DNA from: Octopus sinensis | Taxonomy: Eukaryota | Direction of reading: 5' to 3' | Length of the DNA: 64,000 nucleotides | Assembly (NCBI RefSeq): GCF_006345805.1 | Contig: NC_042997.1 | Location: forward strand, 122,698,001 to 122,762,000 | In this document: positions 28,541 through 43,102 of the stretch, piece by piece | How positions within the stretch are numbered: the first letter of the stretch is position 1 | How the letters are laid out: each line of letters begins with the position of its first letter | The notes under the pieces: generated by a model | Told to the model about the DNA's origin: nothing | The model's database searches: none | The model's input: the letters and a program-made list of their open reading frames with translations, nothing else | Made by a program: the position numbers and the translations under genes

Positions 28541-28740
28541 AGCGTAGGAGTGGCTGGGTGGTAAGTAGCTTGCTTACCAAGCACATGGTTCCGGGTTCAG
28601 TCTCACTGCGTGACCCCTTGGTCAAGTGTCTTCGACTATAGCCACGGGCTTTCTGAGTGGATTTCGTAGACAGAAACTGAAAGAAGCCCATCGTACATAT
28701 ATATATATATATATATGCGTATATACATATATACATATAC

Positions 28741-28771
<31 letters not shown>

Positions 28772-29283
28772 GGTAGGTATATATATTAGGTATATATATC
28801 TCTCTTTTACTTGTTTCAGTCATTTGACTGCGGCCATGCTGGAGCACCGCCTTTAGTCGAGCAAATCGACCCCGGGGCTTATTCTTTGTAAGCCCAGTAC
28901 TTATTCTATCGGTCTCTTTTGCCGAACCGCTAAGTGACGGGGACGTAAACACACCACCATCTGTTGTCAAGCAATGCTAGGGGGACGAACACACACACAC
29001 AAACACACACACATACACACACACACACAGATATATATATGTAAATATTTATATATGCATGTATGTATGTGTGTATATGTTTGTGCGTTTGTGTTCGTTT
29101 CCCCAATATCGTTGGACAACAGATGCGGATGTGTTTACTTCACCGTAACTTAGCGGTTCGGCAAAAGAAAACGATAGAATAAGTACTAAGCTTACAAAGA
29201 ATAAGTCCTGGGGTCGATTTGCTCGACTAAAGGCGGTGCTCTAGCATGGCCAGTCAAATGACTGAAAGAATTAAGAGAGTAAA
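28541..29283 (+). mobile_element. SINE family 1 copy (head 28541-28693, tail 29085-29283) with an antisense tail module (28801-28992) inside its microsatellite
   Basis: Same modules as at 16.2-17.3 kb. Confidence 0.82.
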
Positions 29284-29304
29284 GATTATTTCTTTTGTCG
29301 TGGC

Positions 29305-29478
29305 TATTTCGATAAATTGAAATTGGCAGTTTTGCAATATAAGTTCCGCCGATGTCGACTTGTCCTTTCATCGTTTCGGGGTCGATAAATGAAGTACCAG
29401 TTGCGTTCTAGCGTCGATCTAATCGACGGGCCGCATCCCCCAAAATTTCGGGCCTTATACCTAGAGTAGAAATGAATA
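29305..29478 (+). mobile_element. SINE family 2, 5'-truncated
   Basis: gtcgacttgtcctttcatcgtttcggggtcgataaatgaagtaccag...cctagagtagaa. Confidence 0.75.
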
Positions 29479-29682
29479 TAAGTGACATGCGAGGTGTAAT
29501 TTATTAATAAAATATAATAAAACTATAACAAGACTAAAAGGGAATTATGTAGAAGATGTGGATTTTAATTAATTGCAAACGTTAAAAAATAGAGAAAAAA
29601 CCGTCTAAGAGTGTATTTGGATGCACAAAATAGAACACAATCACTAGCGGTTGTCTAATAACGGAGAATGTTCTAATGCAAC

Positions 29683-30103
29683 GTAACTGGTATGTTTTCT
29701 GCTTAAACATTTTTCTTCCGGTTTTGAATTATGGAATTTCAATCATGTTTCGTGGTCTACTACCACAACAGCTCCTTTATAGGACCCAGTTAGCTCAAGA
29801 CATCATCAGGAGGTACCACGTCCGCATTCGGCCCCTACTTAACTACCGTTTTGACGTGCCCCCATCCCCCTCGGGGGTGTCTTCAGCTCTGGTGTTGAGT
29901 GTATGTCTTATTTCTCCTTCTGTTCGCTGGCCTCTTCGATGTAGCCTCAACGAGTGTTAGCGGGTGACTGTCTGTTTGTCAAATTTCCCTTTAAATACCT
30001 GCTGCCAGGCTCCAGCAGGCAACCCCAGCCAGTTGTCACGTGACACTGTCTAAACTGTGTAACCGGTATGTTTTCTGCTTAAAAATTTTTCTTCCGGTTT
30101 TGA
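29683..30103. repeat. 376-bp unit bounded by 45-bp direct repeats (solo LTR/pLTR-like or 1.1-mer)
   Basis: gtaac(t/c)ggtatgttttctgcttaaa(c/a)atttttcttccggttttga at 29683-29727 and 30059-30103. Confidence 0.8.
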
Positions 30104-30314
30104 TACAGTGCTGTATCAAGCATTTTATTTCTCAGTAAAAATTTTGCGCTTTATAATATAATTCTTCCATTTATATATTCTATAACATCATTTAACTCTC
30201 CGAATAGCAAGTGTAACATTTGCACATAATGCACATCCTTGTATGCATCCAGTTTAACACCCATAGCACATTTTTGTATCATTTCTAGCCCTTGTTCCTG
30301 TTTTTATCACAATC

Positions 30315-30346
<32 letters not shown>

Positions 30347-30372
30347 CATCATCACCAACATCATCATCATCA

Positions 30373-32386
30373 TTATTGAAGTTGCACAGTATCCAATATT
30401 GTGATGTTGTAGATTGAGTGTAATGTGTGGACCGGAGGTTTGTACTTTCTGTCAAATCACAACCGGGAACTCAGACAGACACTACTTCATGCAATATACG
30501 TGCTGTTCCAAGTAAAGCCAATTTTTTCGATGTACTAAAATTGTTGGCTATTACTAAAGTCCTCAGATGCTTTTATTCATGTTTCGTGGTATTAAACACA
30601 ATGCGCGGGTACGGTGACAAATTTTCTTTGACTGTCATAGCTGCCACATTATGGCGATCTCAAATTTCAGGTCACCATGTTAGTCGAGATTCCATGATAA
30701 TATAGTGTTGCACTGGCACTGCCATGGAGATTATTACCCAGCTCTTGCTTGTCCCTCCTGATGGCTACTAAATCTGGCCTTCGGTGCTGTAACACATTGT
30801 ATGTTTGGAAATCAAATTCCAGAGCTCATTTGCCTCTCCTTTTTTGTCCATTACATTTTCTGGTGAATATCAGTACCAAACAATCGTTACCTCGTATCTA
30901 TACTTCGGGCATAGTAGCCAGTGAAGGATTTTCTCTAATGTTCTGTGTTTGATCTTGTACTATTTGTGTTTTTCTCGTTTTAGGCGGCGAGCTGGCAGAA
31001 ACGTTAGCACGCCGGGCGAAATAATTAGCGGTATTTCGTCTGCCGCTACGTTCAGAGTTCAAATTATGTCGAGGTCGTCTTTTCCTTTCATCCTTTTGGG
31101 GGTCGATGTAATCGACTTAATCCGTTTGTTTGTCCTTGTTTGTTTGCCATCTCTGTGTTTAGCCCCATGTGGGTAGTAAAGAAATAGGTATTTCGCCTGC
31201 CTTTATATTCTGAGTTCAAATTCCGTCAAGGTCGACTTTCCGTTCATCCATTTAGGGTCCATAAATTAAGTAGCAGTTGCGTACTGGGATCGATTCAATC
31301 GACTGGCCCCCTCCCCAAAAATATCAGGCTAGAGTAGAAAAAGATTGTTTTTCTTCTCCTCCTGTCTATTTTGATTAGTTCATTTAGTATCCAGTTAAGG
31401 ATATTGTAACTAACTTATAATGTGTACGGCTAGAATGTTGATGACTAGTGTTTTGCATTGAACTCTCTTTTCAATATCAGTCTAACATGTCTATAGTATT
31501 ACTTTTTTATTTTCTCTTTCATTTGTGTGTGTTATATCTTATCTACTTCAACGATTTCCAAGTATTAGTATGTCTGGCTTTGGTCTAATTCTCTTATTTC
31601 ATTTGTTTCATTTAGTGTGACGTTGCTACACTTAACTGGTTTTCCTCTTTTCAAGGCTTCTTTTGCACATTTTTCTAAGCCAAATTTCTTTGGTAAATCT
31701 ATGTACTGCCTGTAGTTATGTTTCCAGCTGTTTATCATTTGTAGCATACAGTTCTAGGTCATCCATATATAAGGGGTGACTGATAATTTTGCCGTAACAA
31801 TTTTATCCACACCCAGTCCTGTTTAGCATTTCAAATAAAGGTGTCAGTGCCAAGCAGAAAAGGAGTGGAGAGAACGTGTCTCCAGGGAATATTCCTCTTC
31901 TAATGGGGATGGCTTTGAATTTTATGAGTCCCTCTTTTGTCCGGAGCTGTAGCACTCTCCGTCATTTATTCATGGAATGGGTTATACATCTTATGATTAT
32001 TGGTGCTAACCTGTTCATAGCTGGTGTTTTTAGAATCCATGTATGGGAAATACTATCAAAACCTTTTCGGTAATCGATCCAAGTCATACTTACAACCTTC
32101 TTCTTTCTGCGGTTGTCTTCAGTTATGGATTTATTGATCAGCAGCTGACCTTTACAACCGTATGAGCGCTTGCAGCATCCCTTCTGCTCTTCTGGAAACA
32201 GGTTGTTTCCTTCCAGATGCTTGCTCATTCTCTGTGATATTATTACAGTAAAGGCTTTGTAAATAGTAGGGAGACAAGTTACTGGTCTGTAATGTTGTGG
32301 GTTTGCTGTTTCAGTGGATTTTGGAATTAGGATAGTTTTTCCTACCGTGAGCCATTCAGTCATTGGCTCTGGCTCTGCAAGGATGT
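30373..32386 (-). mobile_element. 5'-truncated R4/Dong-like non-LTR retrotransposon (RT + restriction-like endonuclease), internally deleted and interrupted by a SINE
   Basis: WLTVGKTILIPK..YRPVTCLPTIYK..EEQKGC..WIDYRKGFDSISHTW; GIFPGDTFSPLLF; LYMDDL (~31758-31769); HRRPD and KLALLGTARIL at the C-terminus; (CAT)n on both sides. Confidence 0.85.
30983..31345 (+). mobile_element. SINE family 2 (tRNA-derived) inserted in the LINE
   Basis: GGCGGCGAGCTGGCAGAAACGTTAGC head, B-box-like GAGTTCAAA, partial internal duplication. Confidence 0.88.
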
Positions 32387-32433
32387 CATCATCATCATCA
32401 TCATCATTATTGTGATTGTTGTTGTTGCTATCG

Positions 32434-32477
<44 letters not shown>

Positions 32478-35334
32478 TTATTATTATTATTATTATCATT
32501 ATTATTATTATTATTATTATTTTATTATTATTATTATTATAACTTCGAGGTTTCTTTGTCTTTCATACTTCTGGGGTTCGAGTACATAAAATGCCATTAA
32601 TTGATGTATAGACGTAATGGAATCGCTCCTCGACGTAAAATTGCTGGCTTTATACCAACGCTAGGAGGAATCATTATTGTAAATATTTTCATCTTTAATA
32701 TTACTCTTTGACCAAGTAAAGGAAACGAAGTTTCTTGCACGCTCTGCCAATTCTCTTCAAGATATATTATTTTCAAATGTTTGTTTTTAAATAAGTTGAT
32801 GGTCATACCTGAATATATATATATATGACGTATTCAAGAATGGACTTACAAGTAAAATCATTTACCTAGATTTCTCCTAGATGTTGATGTATGTGTACTT
32901 AGCTATCAGTGAGACTAGCTTTAAGGGACTCAAACTCTTGAGAAGTGGATAGCTGTGTGACAGGTATTGCTTAGATTTTTCCAAATTTGCCAATGTCATC
33001 TTACACAAACAGCATCGTATCATCCATTCTGATTATATGTAAAAAGAGATTTTATTAGGCTAAAATATATTGATTGCACAGATTTTCCGAAATTATAATG
33101 TTTCGCTACACAGGCCAAAATGTTTTCAAACGTTCGTCAAATTTACAAGACATACAGGACTTAGCTCAGTTGCTGGAATCTCGATAGATGTTTTCTAGTA
33201 ACTTATAAATATTTTCTAGCAAGTTAATCAGGTGTGAATTCATGTGGTTTGTGTTCAACAACCGATGATAAATCACTCGTAAGAGGAACATTAGAACAAT
33301 GCAGCTGCGTTGAAGCCAACAGAGAACGTATTATCGGAGGGAGGATGGTTCACATATTACAAAATGTATCAAAGGCGGTGAAAATATCACAATGCCATTT
33401 GTAAACTTTCCTGTTATCTAAAATCAGGGATCTAGATTACAAACTAAGTATCAAATGGAGTTCAATTGTTTCGTGCAGGAAATCAATAACTTCGCAACAA
33501 AGCCATTATTCAATGTTCGGTGGTAACCGATGTACGTGAACGAACTGATTCTAGATGTACTAAGATGCCACCGCCTCTTTAAATTTCTTTTAAGCATGAG
33601 GATAGTGATGCCACGCTAAATTATTTCATCCATAAAAATTTGTTTCTGTCGGACTAAGAATTAGGCTGAATCATTGGCAAAGAGAGTATAGGAACAAAAT
33701 ATTCTTTTACTTAGGCTCTTTGAATTCTATGTCCAGCAGCGTCTACTCATCGGCTGCCCTAAATGCTCAGTTCTCAGAATCTATAGGTGTTCACTCTAGC
33801 AATACTATGTAATTTGGTTATGCATATAGGAAACTGAGACATGAGAGAACGTCATCTGCATATGTGTACGGCATCAAATTCATATCGGTTGATATATAAA
33901 AGATTGAGATCGATGCTACAACTCTCTAAGGTAGAAATTCGTAACAGAAACACATTTACATAAGATCATTATGAAGTTTTATGATAAAGCCGTTGGGGAG
34001 AAAAATTAACATCGGTCATCATTTACAGCTGGACCTAAGTTGTGGGATGTTACTCAGCTTCTACTTTTGTTTAGATATCGACATCAATCAGAAATAAATC
34101 TAAGTTATGAGTAGTTTCCTCATATTCATAAATAGAATGGATGTAATGTAGGACTAGTATTTTCACATTTTTTATATCGTTTGAGTCCTTCTGGTCAAAA
34201 TAACTATTTTGTACTAGCATCCTGTTAATATAGGACTGAAGATTCTAGTAATAGAGATACGCTGAGACATGTTGGCATTTTTGAAAGCAGTGCTATCTAT
34301 ATGACAACCCTACTACATATTTCTCTACCATCTGGTATATCAGGTCTTCATATAATATACGGGTGAAAAAGTAGTCGATTGACACAAACCTTCGAGTGTT
34401 AAAGGGTTATGTGTACGCACAAATATTATTCTAAGCATATATTTGTGCTATGTTGAAAATAAACCTACGAGACTATTTGGATGTGTGTTCAGTGAAAAAC
34501 TATGGATAACTGTAGAATATTCATGGATATTCATTGCTACCTAGATAATTGTTGATATGTAAATTGTAGGGAAACAATGTACCATGAGATAAGCCTAAGT
34601 TGAAACTTGATGTGACCGGGTTACTAATCACACTTCACAAGAAATTCCCAATTACATCCAGCATTGTGTACATGGTCGATGCTCATATTCTTCTTGTTAA
34701 GACCTTGCTAAATGAAACTGTAAATGATAAACTGAAAACAATAGTATCGATATATTTTGTTATAGTGCATGTATAGGACCCTCATCAAATGTTCCCTTTT
34801 CTGTAAGTTGTCCAAGTCAAAACACACACACACACACACGCAAACACACTTGTGCTTGTGTCTCTGTATGTATGTTTATTCATAATTTGAATTTGAGAAA
34901 ATTTTGCTTAATTTTTACTGTTCCTCTTTCAAGGTCTATTTGGAATGTGCGCCAGCTGGTTGATTTCTACTGAAAACGCAAGCTTTTACAAATTACAATG
35001 TCGGCATGTACTCACAAAAACAAGTGCAGCAATAAATGTAAGTTTATAATCTGGTTATAGAAACTGAATGTTTCGAAAGATTTGTCCGTAGTTATTTTTG
35101 TCCTCTTCAATTCTCGAACTATGTACAACCTGTAATGTTTATATGTGACAGAAGTGCTGATGGGAGTATTTTACCACTTATCTTTGCGATGACCTTTATG
35201 TATGTATTCAGTAACAGAGTGACTCACTATATTTAGTCCAGGACAGTCTTTTTTCCCGAATGACATATACATTGTTTTAGCAGTGACGTTATGTCGCATT
35301 GGGATGTAATATATATTGACATCAACTTTTAGCA

Positions 35335-35525
35335 CAAGGCCAACAATTTCTAGAAAGGAGTAAATCAATTATATCGACCCCGGTGCCCGATTGGTACTTG
35401 CTTTATCCTTCTGGCGCGATGGAACGCAAAGTCAATCTACGCGGTAGTTGCATTCCGAATAAGAAGCCAGATGAAATGCCACTAACCATTTTCTCGGCGT
35501 ATTAACAATTCTGCCAGCTTGTCGC
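35335..35525 (-). mobile_element. SINE family 2, diverged
   Basis: ttatatcgaccccgg...gcaaagtcaa...ttctgccagcttgtcgcc. Confidence 0.65.
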
Positions 35526-35869
35526 CTTACTGGGTGGTGGGTGTATGGGAGTCATATATTGATTTCAGATTTTGGCAGATGCTGAAACACAAGTGTGATG
35601 TATTCCATAGAAATGTGATATCATTGGCGTACTTGTTGGAAGTTAAAGGGTTTTTTGTTTTTACTTCTTTGCTCATATCTTTTAAGCAATCTCTGATTTT
35701 GGATTGTAAACGCTTAACCTTTGAAGAGTCACAACTGCATTCCCTATTGATATGAATATCATTCTCAAGTCTGCAGGAAATATAGCAACATATAGTCTCT
35801 GGATTGATGTTATATAGAAGGTCATATAAGAATGAGTACTATTACTACTATTACTGTTTCATACGCGTA

Positions 35870-36620
35870 TCCATATTCTTCCGTCTTTCTCCATCTTTTC
35901 CATAAATATAACACTGTATTTTAATATCACTCTAAGTTTTCAGTACCCTTTTCATTTTCTTGTTCATTGTTTAGTCTTTCATATTTCCATACTTCGATCT
36001 TCTAGAATGCGTTGAATGTTTTCCCTTTTTTCATCTCTTTGTATAGTTGTATTTTATACACTTGTTCATCACGTGTTTTCTTATCATATTTTTTCTTTTT
36101 TTTTTCTTAGCACTATATCCATGTAACTTTATCCATGTCATATCATTCATTTATTGATTCGATCTCTCCTTTTTCCAGTTTTATTTTTTGTTACCTTTCG
36201 TAAATGTTTTATATGTTTCAACACAATTTCTGCTATTCATTCAATATTCGAATCTTTATGTGCTTCGTAATTTATATATTTTACTTTCATGATATATTCT
36301 ACTATCTATATACATATATATTGTAGTCTCACACTATACCTTTATATCTGTTGCTATAGTTCAATAACCTGTCACTCATCATTTTTTCCCCCACTGATAT
36401 ACATAATGATAGACTGCACAACACCTACGCAATTTTCCACTTTCAATTTCTTATCCTTACGTATACTTTTTTAGTTACCGCCTAAATTTTAATAACAGCA
36501 AATACTGCGTTTATATATTTCTCCATTTCTTCGTCACTCATTCTATACAGCATTTCTCCAATGGCTCAATAATAAACTGAATTTATATTTTCTCGTCATG
36601 TTTTCTCTCTACATGTTCTT
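35870..36620 (-). mobile_element. Possible very old RTE-like LINE remnant
   Basis: Strand-biased composition and a KDKKLKVENCVGVVQSIIMY-like peptide; weak. Confidence 0.3.
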
Positions 36621-37456
36621 CTGGTGATGCTGAAGTTATTAAGATTCCAACTCCAACAACTTTATAGTAAGATGTCTATCAGATTATATATCTTAATTGA
36701 TAAGCAAAATAAACATTTCTTTCGATAGCCTGTACATACTAGTATTGCTTTACCGCTTTGATAAAAATAAACGCCCAACAAAATCTAATGTTTATGCTCT
36801 GAGCTTGGCACTATGCCAATATCCAGTACATGATTACATAGTCTTCGACTCCTTTTCACTCTGTGGCTAGAGACACTTAAGATTGGCCAATATCCAAGCC
36901 ACTTATTCAAGATTAATTGTTTCTTGCTTCCCTTGAACACACGCTAAATTTTTACTACATATTATTTATTTTATAAAAGAGTTTTTTTTATTTTAAAACA
37001 AAAAAAAAACATTTGTCTGGCTTTTACTTGCATATAAGTTTATTTTGTGGAAAATTGTTGCTGTGGATTTCTAGATTTTAATAATCTGTCTGAGGACTAT
37101 ACATGTACAAAACGTACATATTGCACAAGTAATTTAGTAATCAAATCAGTCAAATATTAGGAGAGCGTTAGTATTAATTATTTATTTAGAATGTGAAATA
37201 ATGAATATTATTAACTTCCATTGTCCAAATATTATACTGTTTTCTTCGAATCTAATTTGTATTCATTCTATTTTTATCATATTATACGGTTTTACTTCAT
37301 TTGTGCTATGTTTTGTTTAATATTTCTTTCTTTCTTTCTCTTTTCTCTCCCCTCTATGTATGTAAGTATGTGTGTATGTATTTATGTATGTATATATATA
37401 TATGTATATATATATGTATGTATTTATGTATGTATATGTATGTATTTATGTATGTA

Positions 37457-37495
<39 letters not shown>

Positions 37496-37550
37496 CATAA
37501 TTGAGCATATAAACGTGTATCTGTGTATGTATATTTGTATATACGCATTA

Positions 37551-37582
<32 letters not shown>

Positions 37583-38594
37583 CTACGTATGTATGTGTAT
37601 ATATACATATATATCTAACGCACATATATGCATCTGCGCATGCATAAATATGTGCTTGTGTCTTTGTGTCTGTATGTCTCTGTGCATTCGTGTTTGTGAA
37701 CGTGTATGTTGTTATTGGAAAATAATGTTTATTCCTTCATTCGCAGCTGCGACTGCAGTTCCACTAAATTCTGGTTACTGTCAGTATCCTTGTCACGTTC
37801 TTGGCGTTGATAAACAGATGATTTTGTCTAGTGAGGTGTCTCCTTGCCAGGGGTCAGTTTGTCTGCGGCATAGTATAAAGACACATTGTTTGTTTGTTTT
37901 TTTTTTTCGTTTCTATTTAATACAAATTATATTTTTAGTGCAAGTTTTCAACAAGCAATGTAGCGTAAATGCATCTGCATCGGAGGTTCTAAACATGGTG
38001 AAAGTTATATCATCGACTATTTGATTACTTCTGAATCAGTAACAAGTTATGATACACAATAGAATTGGCCATACACTACGGTCTATTTCTTTTCAATTTG
38101 AATTCGGTAGAAAGAATCAAAACTTCGTATTTAGGAGAAAATTGTTTATTTCAATTTGTAGGCTGGCGTAAACAATATACTTGTAAACATTATCTCTCTT
38201 CAAATTAAACATTTTTGTACAAAATAATTGTTTTACAGCAGAAGTTTTAAAACAGCTTTTGGTTGGCTTTTTCTTGCATATAATTTAACTTTGTGGAAAT
38301 TCTGGCGGCAGATTTTACATGCACTTCTGATTCCCAATGAATTACATATAGAAAAAGATATATTAACTAGACAAAAAATAACCAAAACTGATTGAAAATA
38401 TAAAAGAAAACATTATCGCTTATTATAAATTTAGAATGTGGAGAATAAAAATATATTATTAATCTCCATTGATGTAGCAAAATGGGCTTTCTGTTGAATA
38501 TGGCTATCATTCATTCAGTTGAACCGCAATTTGATTGTTTTATATACATCTCTCCTTCACACCCACACGCGCGCGCACACACTCATACACACGC

Positions 38595-38637
<43 letters not shown>

Positions 38638-38650
38638 CATTTATACTTAC

Positions 38651-38697
<47 letters not shown>

Positions 38698-38721
38698 CAT
38701 GCATGTATGTATGTATGTATG

Positions 38722-38752
<31 letters not shown>

Positions 38753-39948
38753 AAATGCATTTAATTACTTTTTAAAACCAAAATGATAATACAGGTCTAT
38801 GCCAATTTCTGTTACCTTGTATATCACCATTTCAGGTATAGGACAATATCTTCAGGATATAAAAAAGAAAAAAAAAATGTACAATTTCCTCATGTTACTT
38901 TCTGTAGTTACACTGGAAAGCGGGATGACTAGGTGTAACATTTCCGTGGTTTTTAATTAAAAATTTTTTATTTTATTTTTGAGGAAAGAAGCATTATCAT
39001 AGAGGTATTCGTTAACCCACATGTGTATTTGCCCTGTGCTACCTCTGATATAAAATTCCTTCCATATTCTATACGATTTTATACGTCACGCACGACCACA
39101 GTTTCATCTTTAACCGGGCACATGGGCAAAGTACATATTGTGCTGTTTTGATTTCGTCTGGTCTGAGGAAAAAGGTTTCAGTGTGCCAGTCGTATATTCA
39201 TACCAGCCTCACGTGTAGGGCGCTTATTGCAGAAGTTGTGTTGATTTTTTATTTAAAATGTGATATTTTCAAAATTACAAAACATGTCCTTCGGTGTGTG
39301 GGTTTATTTAAATATACAGGTGATGCCCTGTTGTTTGCTGAAAGAGTATGAATAGCCATTCTCCATCAAAAGGTTTTTGAATTATATGGTGTTAGTGTTT
39401 TCGCTGCCTGCCTCGTTTCATTTACAGCGTTTGACGGCATTCAACTCCGCATATAAAAAGAAAACCCTATCCCCGATGCTTTAAAGTTCCTGCCGATTCA
39501 ATATACTTACATAGTTTAATATATGTGAATATCTAACATTGTTGACATAATACCGTATAGTCAAACTTAAAATGCAATACGTTTTGCCAATTATCAGATT
39601 ATCAAAATTAATAATTCGGAAGATATTTGTTTACAATGAGAATTCACCTCATATGAAAGTTCTATTTCACTTTTAGCCACTCCACCATCGTATTAATTTG
39701 TAATCACAAATACAATCACCCTGTTTTATTATTGTATTAAATCGTAACAAATAAGATAAATTAAGTATTCAAATAGACTCATTATGTGTATAAAATCTAT
39801 TTTCCTGTTTGTATAAATCTAACTATCTATATTCTCGATGAATTTCTCCAATATTCCTGTCTCTCCCACTAATATTTTATATACATACATACATACATAC
39901 ATGCGTACACTCACACACACATATATATATATACACACACACCTATTT

Positions 39949-40035
<87 letters not shown>

Positions 40036-40739
40036 CATATGTACATATATACATATATACATATATATATATTTATATTTATATACATGTACATATGTAT
40101 TTGTGTGCGCACATAAAAATATATAATATATCATATGTGTGCGAGTGTATGTGTGTGTATTGATGTATGTATATAATAAATACTTTCCCGTTTACTTGGA
40201 GAGAAAGAGAAAGACGGAGACTGATGCAGAGAGGGGGGAAGTCAATAAAAGTGTGGTAAGGAGAAAGAGAGTAACGAAAAAGGGAGTGTTCTTCATTGTT
40301 TTTCTCTTCTGTCTATTTAAAATGCAAATATCACCGTGCCTGTTTCTCTATATACAAACAATGTAAACATATGCTGGAAATCTGTTGAACGGTCTAGGTG
40401 GGGGTTGATGTCTGCAACGGAAACTGCTTAGAATTATAATCCACAAGCTATTTGTAAACTGCAATTAACGATATATCATATGTCATTCAATCGTTCCTTC
40501 TTTTACCATACATAAACAGATGCGTATGGATGTGTGAAGGCGTGTAGAAATAAACGTTGATGAATTGCATTTATGTCTAATTTCAGATTTTAATGTGAAA
40601 CTAAATTCATCTTTAATTATATCATAATTTTTGTTATTATTCCTGAAGCCGAATTATTTTAATGATATCGTAAGATGGGAATGCTCATATACTGAAATAG
40701 TCCCTGGCATCTACATCTTAGTATCTTTACAAGCATTGC

Positions 40740-41960
40740 CTCAGACCAACCTCTGGAGAAATTCTTTAGACTCAGGTTATATACCGAAACAGCTCCTAAC
40801 CCAGTCTGTTATCCCGGTTTTCAAACAGAGAAACAGATCCCTCGCAGTCAACTATCGCCCAATCTCGCTCACCTCCCATATCATTGATGTGTTTGAAAGA
40901 CTGGTAAGATCAAATATAGATGGCTTCCTGGAGATCCACAAACTCCTATATGCAAATCAGTATGGCTTTCGCCGTGGCGGAGACTGTCTAACACAGCTCT
41001 CACACCACATTGAGGATATACTTAAAGCCTTGGGAACAGGTTCGAACTCTGATATCATACATCTTGACTTCTGTAAAGCATTCGGCAGGGTCGACTATAT
41101 TTTACTCTCAAAATTAGCAAATGTTGGAATCCGTGGAAAACTTCTACATTGTATTGACTATTTCTTGGCGAATAGAAGACAACGTGTTGTGGTTGATGTA
41201 GTCCACAAAAGCCCAGCAAAAGTTACTAGTAGTGTCCCTCAGAAGACTGTCATGAGCCCGCTCCTCTTTATAAACTACATAAACGACCTTTCCAGCCTCG
41301 TAAATCACTGCAAATTGAAAATATTTGCTGATGACACTAAGCGCCAGCAATTCATCAATGAAGAAGACCGGACCCTAACACTAGTCTGATCTAAATGCTG
41401 TGAATCAATGGGCAGACAAAAACAAAATGCAACTAAACGAGAGGACATTTTAGCTGATGCATTTTGGAAGGAAATCTATACTAAAACAGCCATACTCTCT
41501 TTCTGCAGGGGAACCGCTCACAGAATCCAATAATATCAGAGATCTAGTTGATATCAGCGATCTAGTTGAAAACAATCAATCTCTGTTGCAGTGCCCACAC
41601 CAACAATAAGGTCGATAAACTCGTAGGATTAGCTCCTGGATATTGAGAACCATCCGGTCCGGAGAACAATATATCATCATTCCAATTTTCTCCACCTTTT
41701 TCAGGCCACACCTCCAATAGTGCTACACCAGTGGTCTCAAAGATTGACTCACCCCAGTGGGCACTCACTAAACAAATTAATGGCCTTAAAGCCTTGAAAC
41801 TCACTCCAGCGCCGCCGCAAGCGGTACATCATTTTCACGATGTGGAGAATATACCGGCAGCATTGTCCAAACGACTTGAAGATTAGTTTCAAGATTCATC
41901 CAAATCTGGGACCACAGGACATGCGTACCCTGCCCAATTCAGGATCACAACATATAGGTC
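40740..41960 (+). mobile_element. CR1-clade LINE, RT domain and 3' region (pseudogene)
   Basis: ORF 40631-41389: VIPVFK..NYRPISLTSHIIDVFER..QYGFRRG..LDFCKAFGRVD..SVPQKTVMSPLLF..IFADDTK. Confidence 0.92.
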
Positions 41961-42078
41961 CACTGCGACATAATTTCTTTTCCTCATGTATGTATGTAGG
42001 TATGTATGTATGTATATGTTTATATCTCACTATCTATCTATCTATCTATCTGTCTATCTATCTATCTATCTATCTATC

Positions 42079-42123
<45 letters not shown>

Positions 42124-42127
42124 AATA

Positions 42128-42182
<55 letters not shown>

Positions 42183-42350
42183 ATATAGGTGAGAAAGTTG
42201 GTGTGTGAAAGCACGAGGTTGAATATATAGAAAATAGTAAAAAGTGAAAAAACTACAGAAGGCTTGTTTTAAAAGGTTAAAAAATATATATTTGAGTCAT
42301 TATGTCTGAAGAATGTTATAAATTTTTTTCATACAATGACATAGTTTCTG

Positions 42351-42390
42351 AAGAAATGACCGGTTTCGCGTTCAGCTTTTCAAATTTCTT
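42351..42390 (-). ncRNA. Minimal type I hammerhead ribozyme, U3-A8 core variant
   Basis: AAGAAAU UUGAAAA GC UGAAC GC GAAA CCGGUC AUUUCUU: 7-bp stem I, palindromic ACCGGU stem III, GUC site. Confidence 0.7.
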
Positions 42391-42895
42391 ACATCGTTAT
42401 GTTTACGTTGAGAAGTGTGAAGTAGAGTTCCAGATAAGGGGAGGTAATAATTGATTTCTTTTGGTGTAAGGGAGATAATCGCTTAATATTTCTTGCCTTT
42501 TTTTGGAGTGAGTTTATCTGTATAAGAATGTTGGAATAGTTAAGTTTGGGCTTGTATTTTTCAATGAAGAATGTTTCCTTGTTTAGTCTAATGCACACTG
42601 CATCGACAACAGATTGCATTCCCAGTATACAGAATGATACCCTTTAGTGAGCACATTGAGAAATGCGCAAAGCAACTACTACCACAATTTTTAATCTTTC
42701 CATTTTACCAATGTGCTATCGGAACACCAACACAAATTAGACTAAACAAGGAAACATTCTTCATTGAAAAATACAAGCCCAAACTTAACCATTCCAACAT
42801 TAAGCGATTATCTCACTTACACCGAAGAAAATCACTTATTACCCCCCCTTATCTGGAACTCTTCTTCACACTTCTCAACGTAAACATAACGATGT

Positions 42896-42935
42896 AAGAA
42901 ACTTGAAAAGCTGAACGCGAAACCGGTCATTTCTT
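42896..42935 (+). ncRNA. Minimal type I hammerhead ribozyme, U3-A8 core variant (second arm)
   Basis: AAGAAAC UUGAAAA GC UGAAC GC GAAA CCGGUC AUUUCUU; one C-A mismatch closing stem I. Confidence 0.62.
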
Positions 42936-43055
42936 CAAAAACTATGTCATTGTATGAAAAAAATTTATAATATTCTTCAGACATAATGACACAAATATAT
43001 ATTTTTTAACCTTTCAAAACAAGCCTTCTGTAGTTTTTTCACTTTTTACTATTTT

Positions 43056-43102
<47 letters not shown>

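Larger units (their letters stand above)
42231..43055. mobile_element. Short Penelope-like element: GIY-YIG C-terminus plus 3' repeat, with an inverted 5' copy (arms 42231-42592 and 42736-43055)
   Basis: FSEHIEKCAKQLLPQFLIFPFYQC..IRLNKETFFIEKYKPKLN aligns with the C-terminus of the large PLE; arms are reverse complements, with a ~45-bp extra segment in the left arm. Confidence 0.85.
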
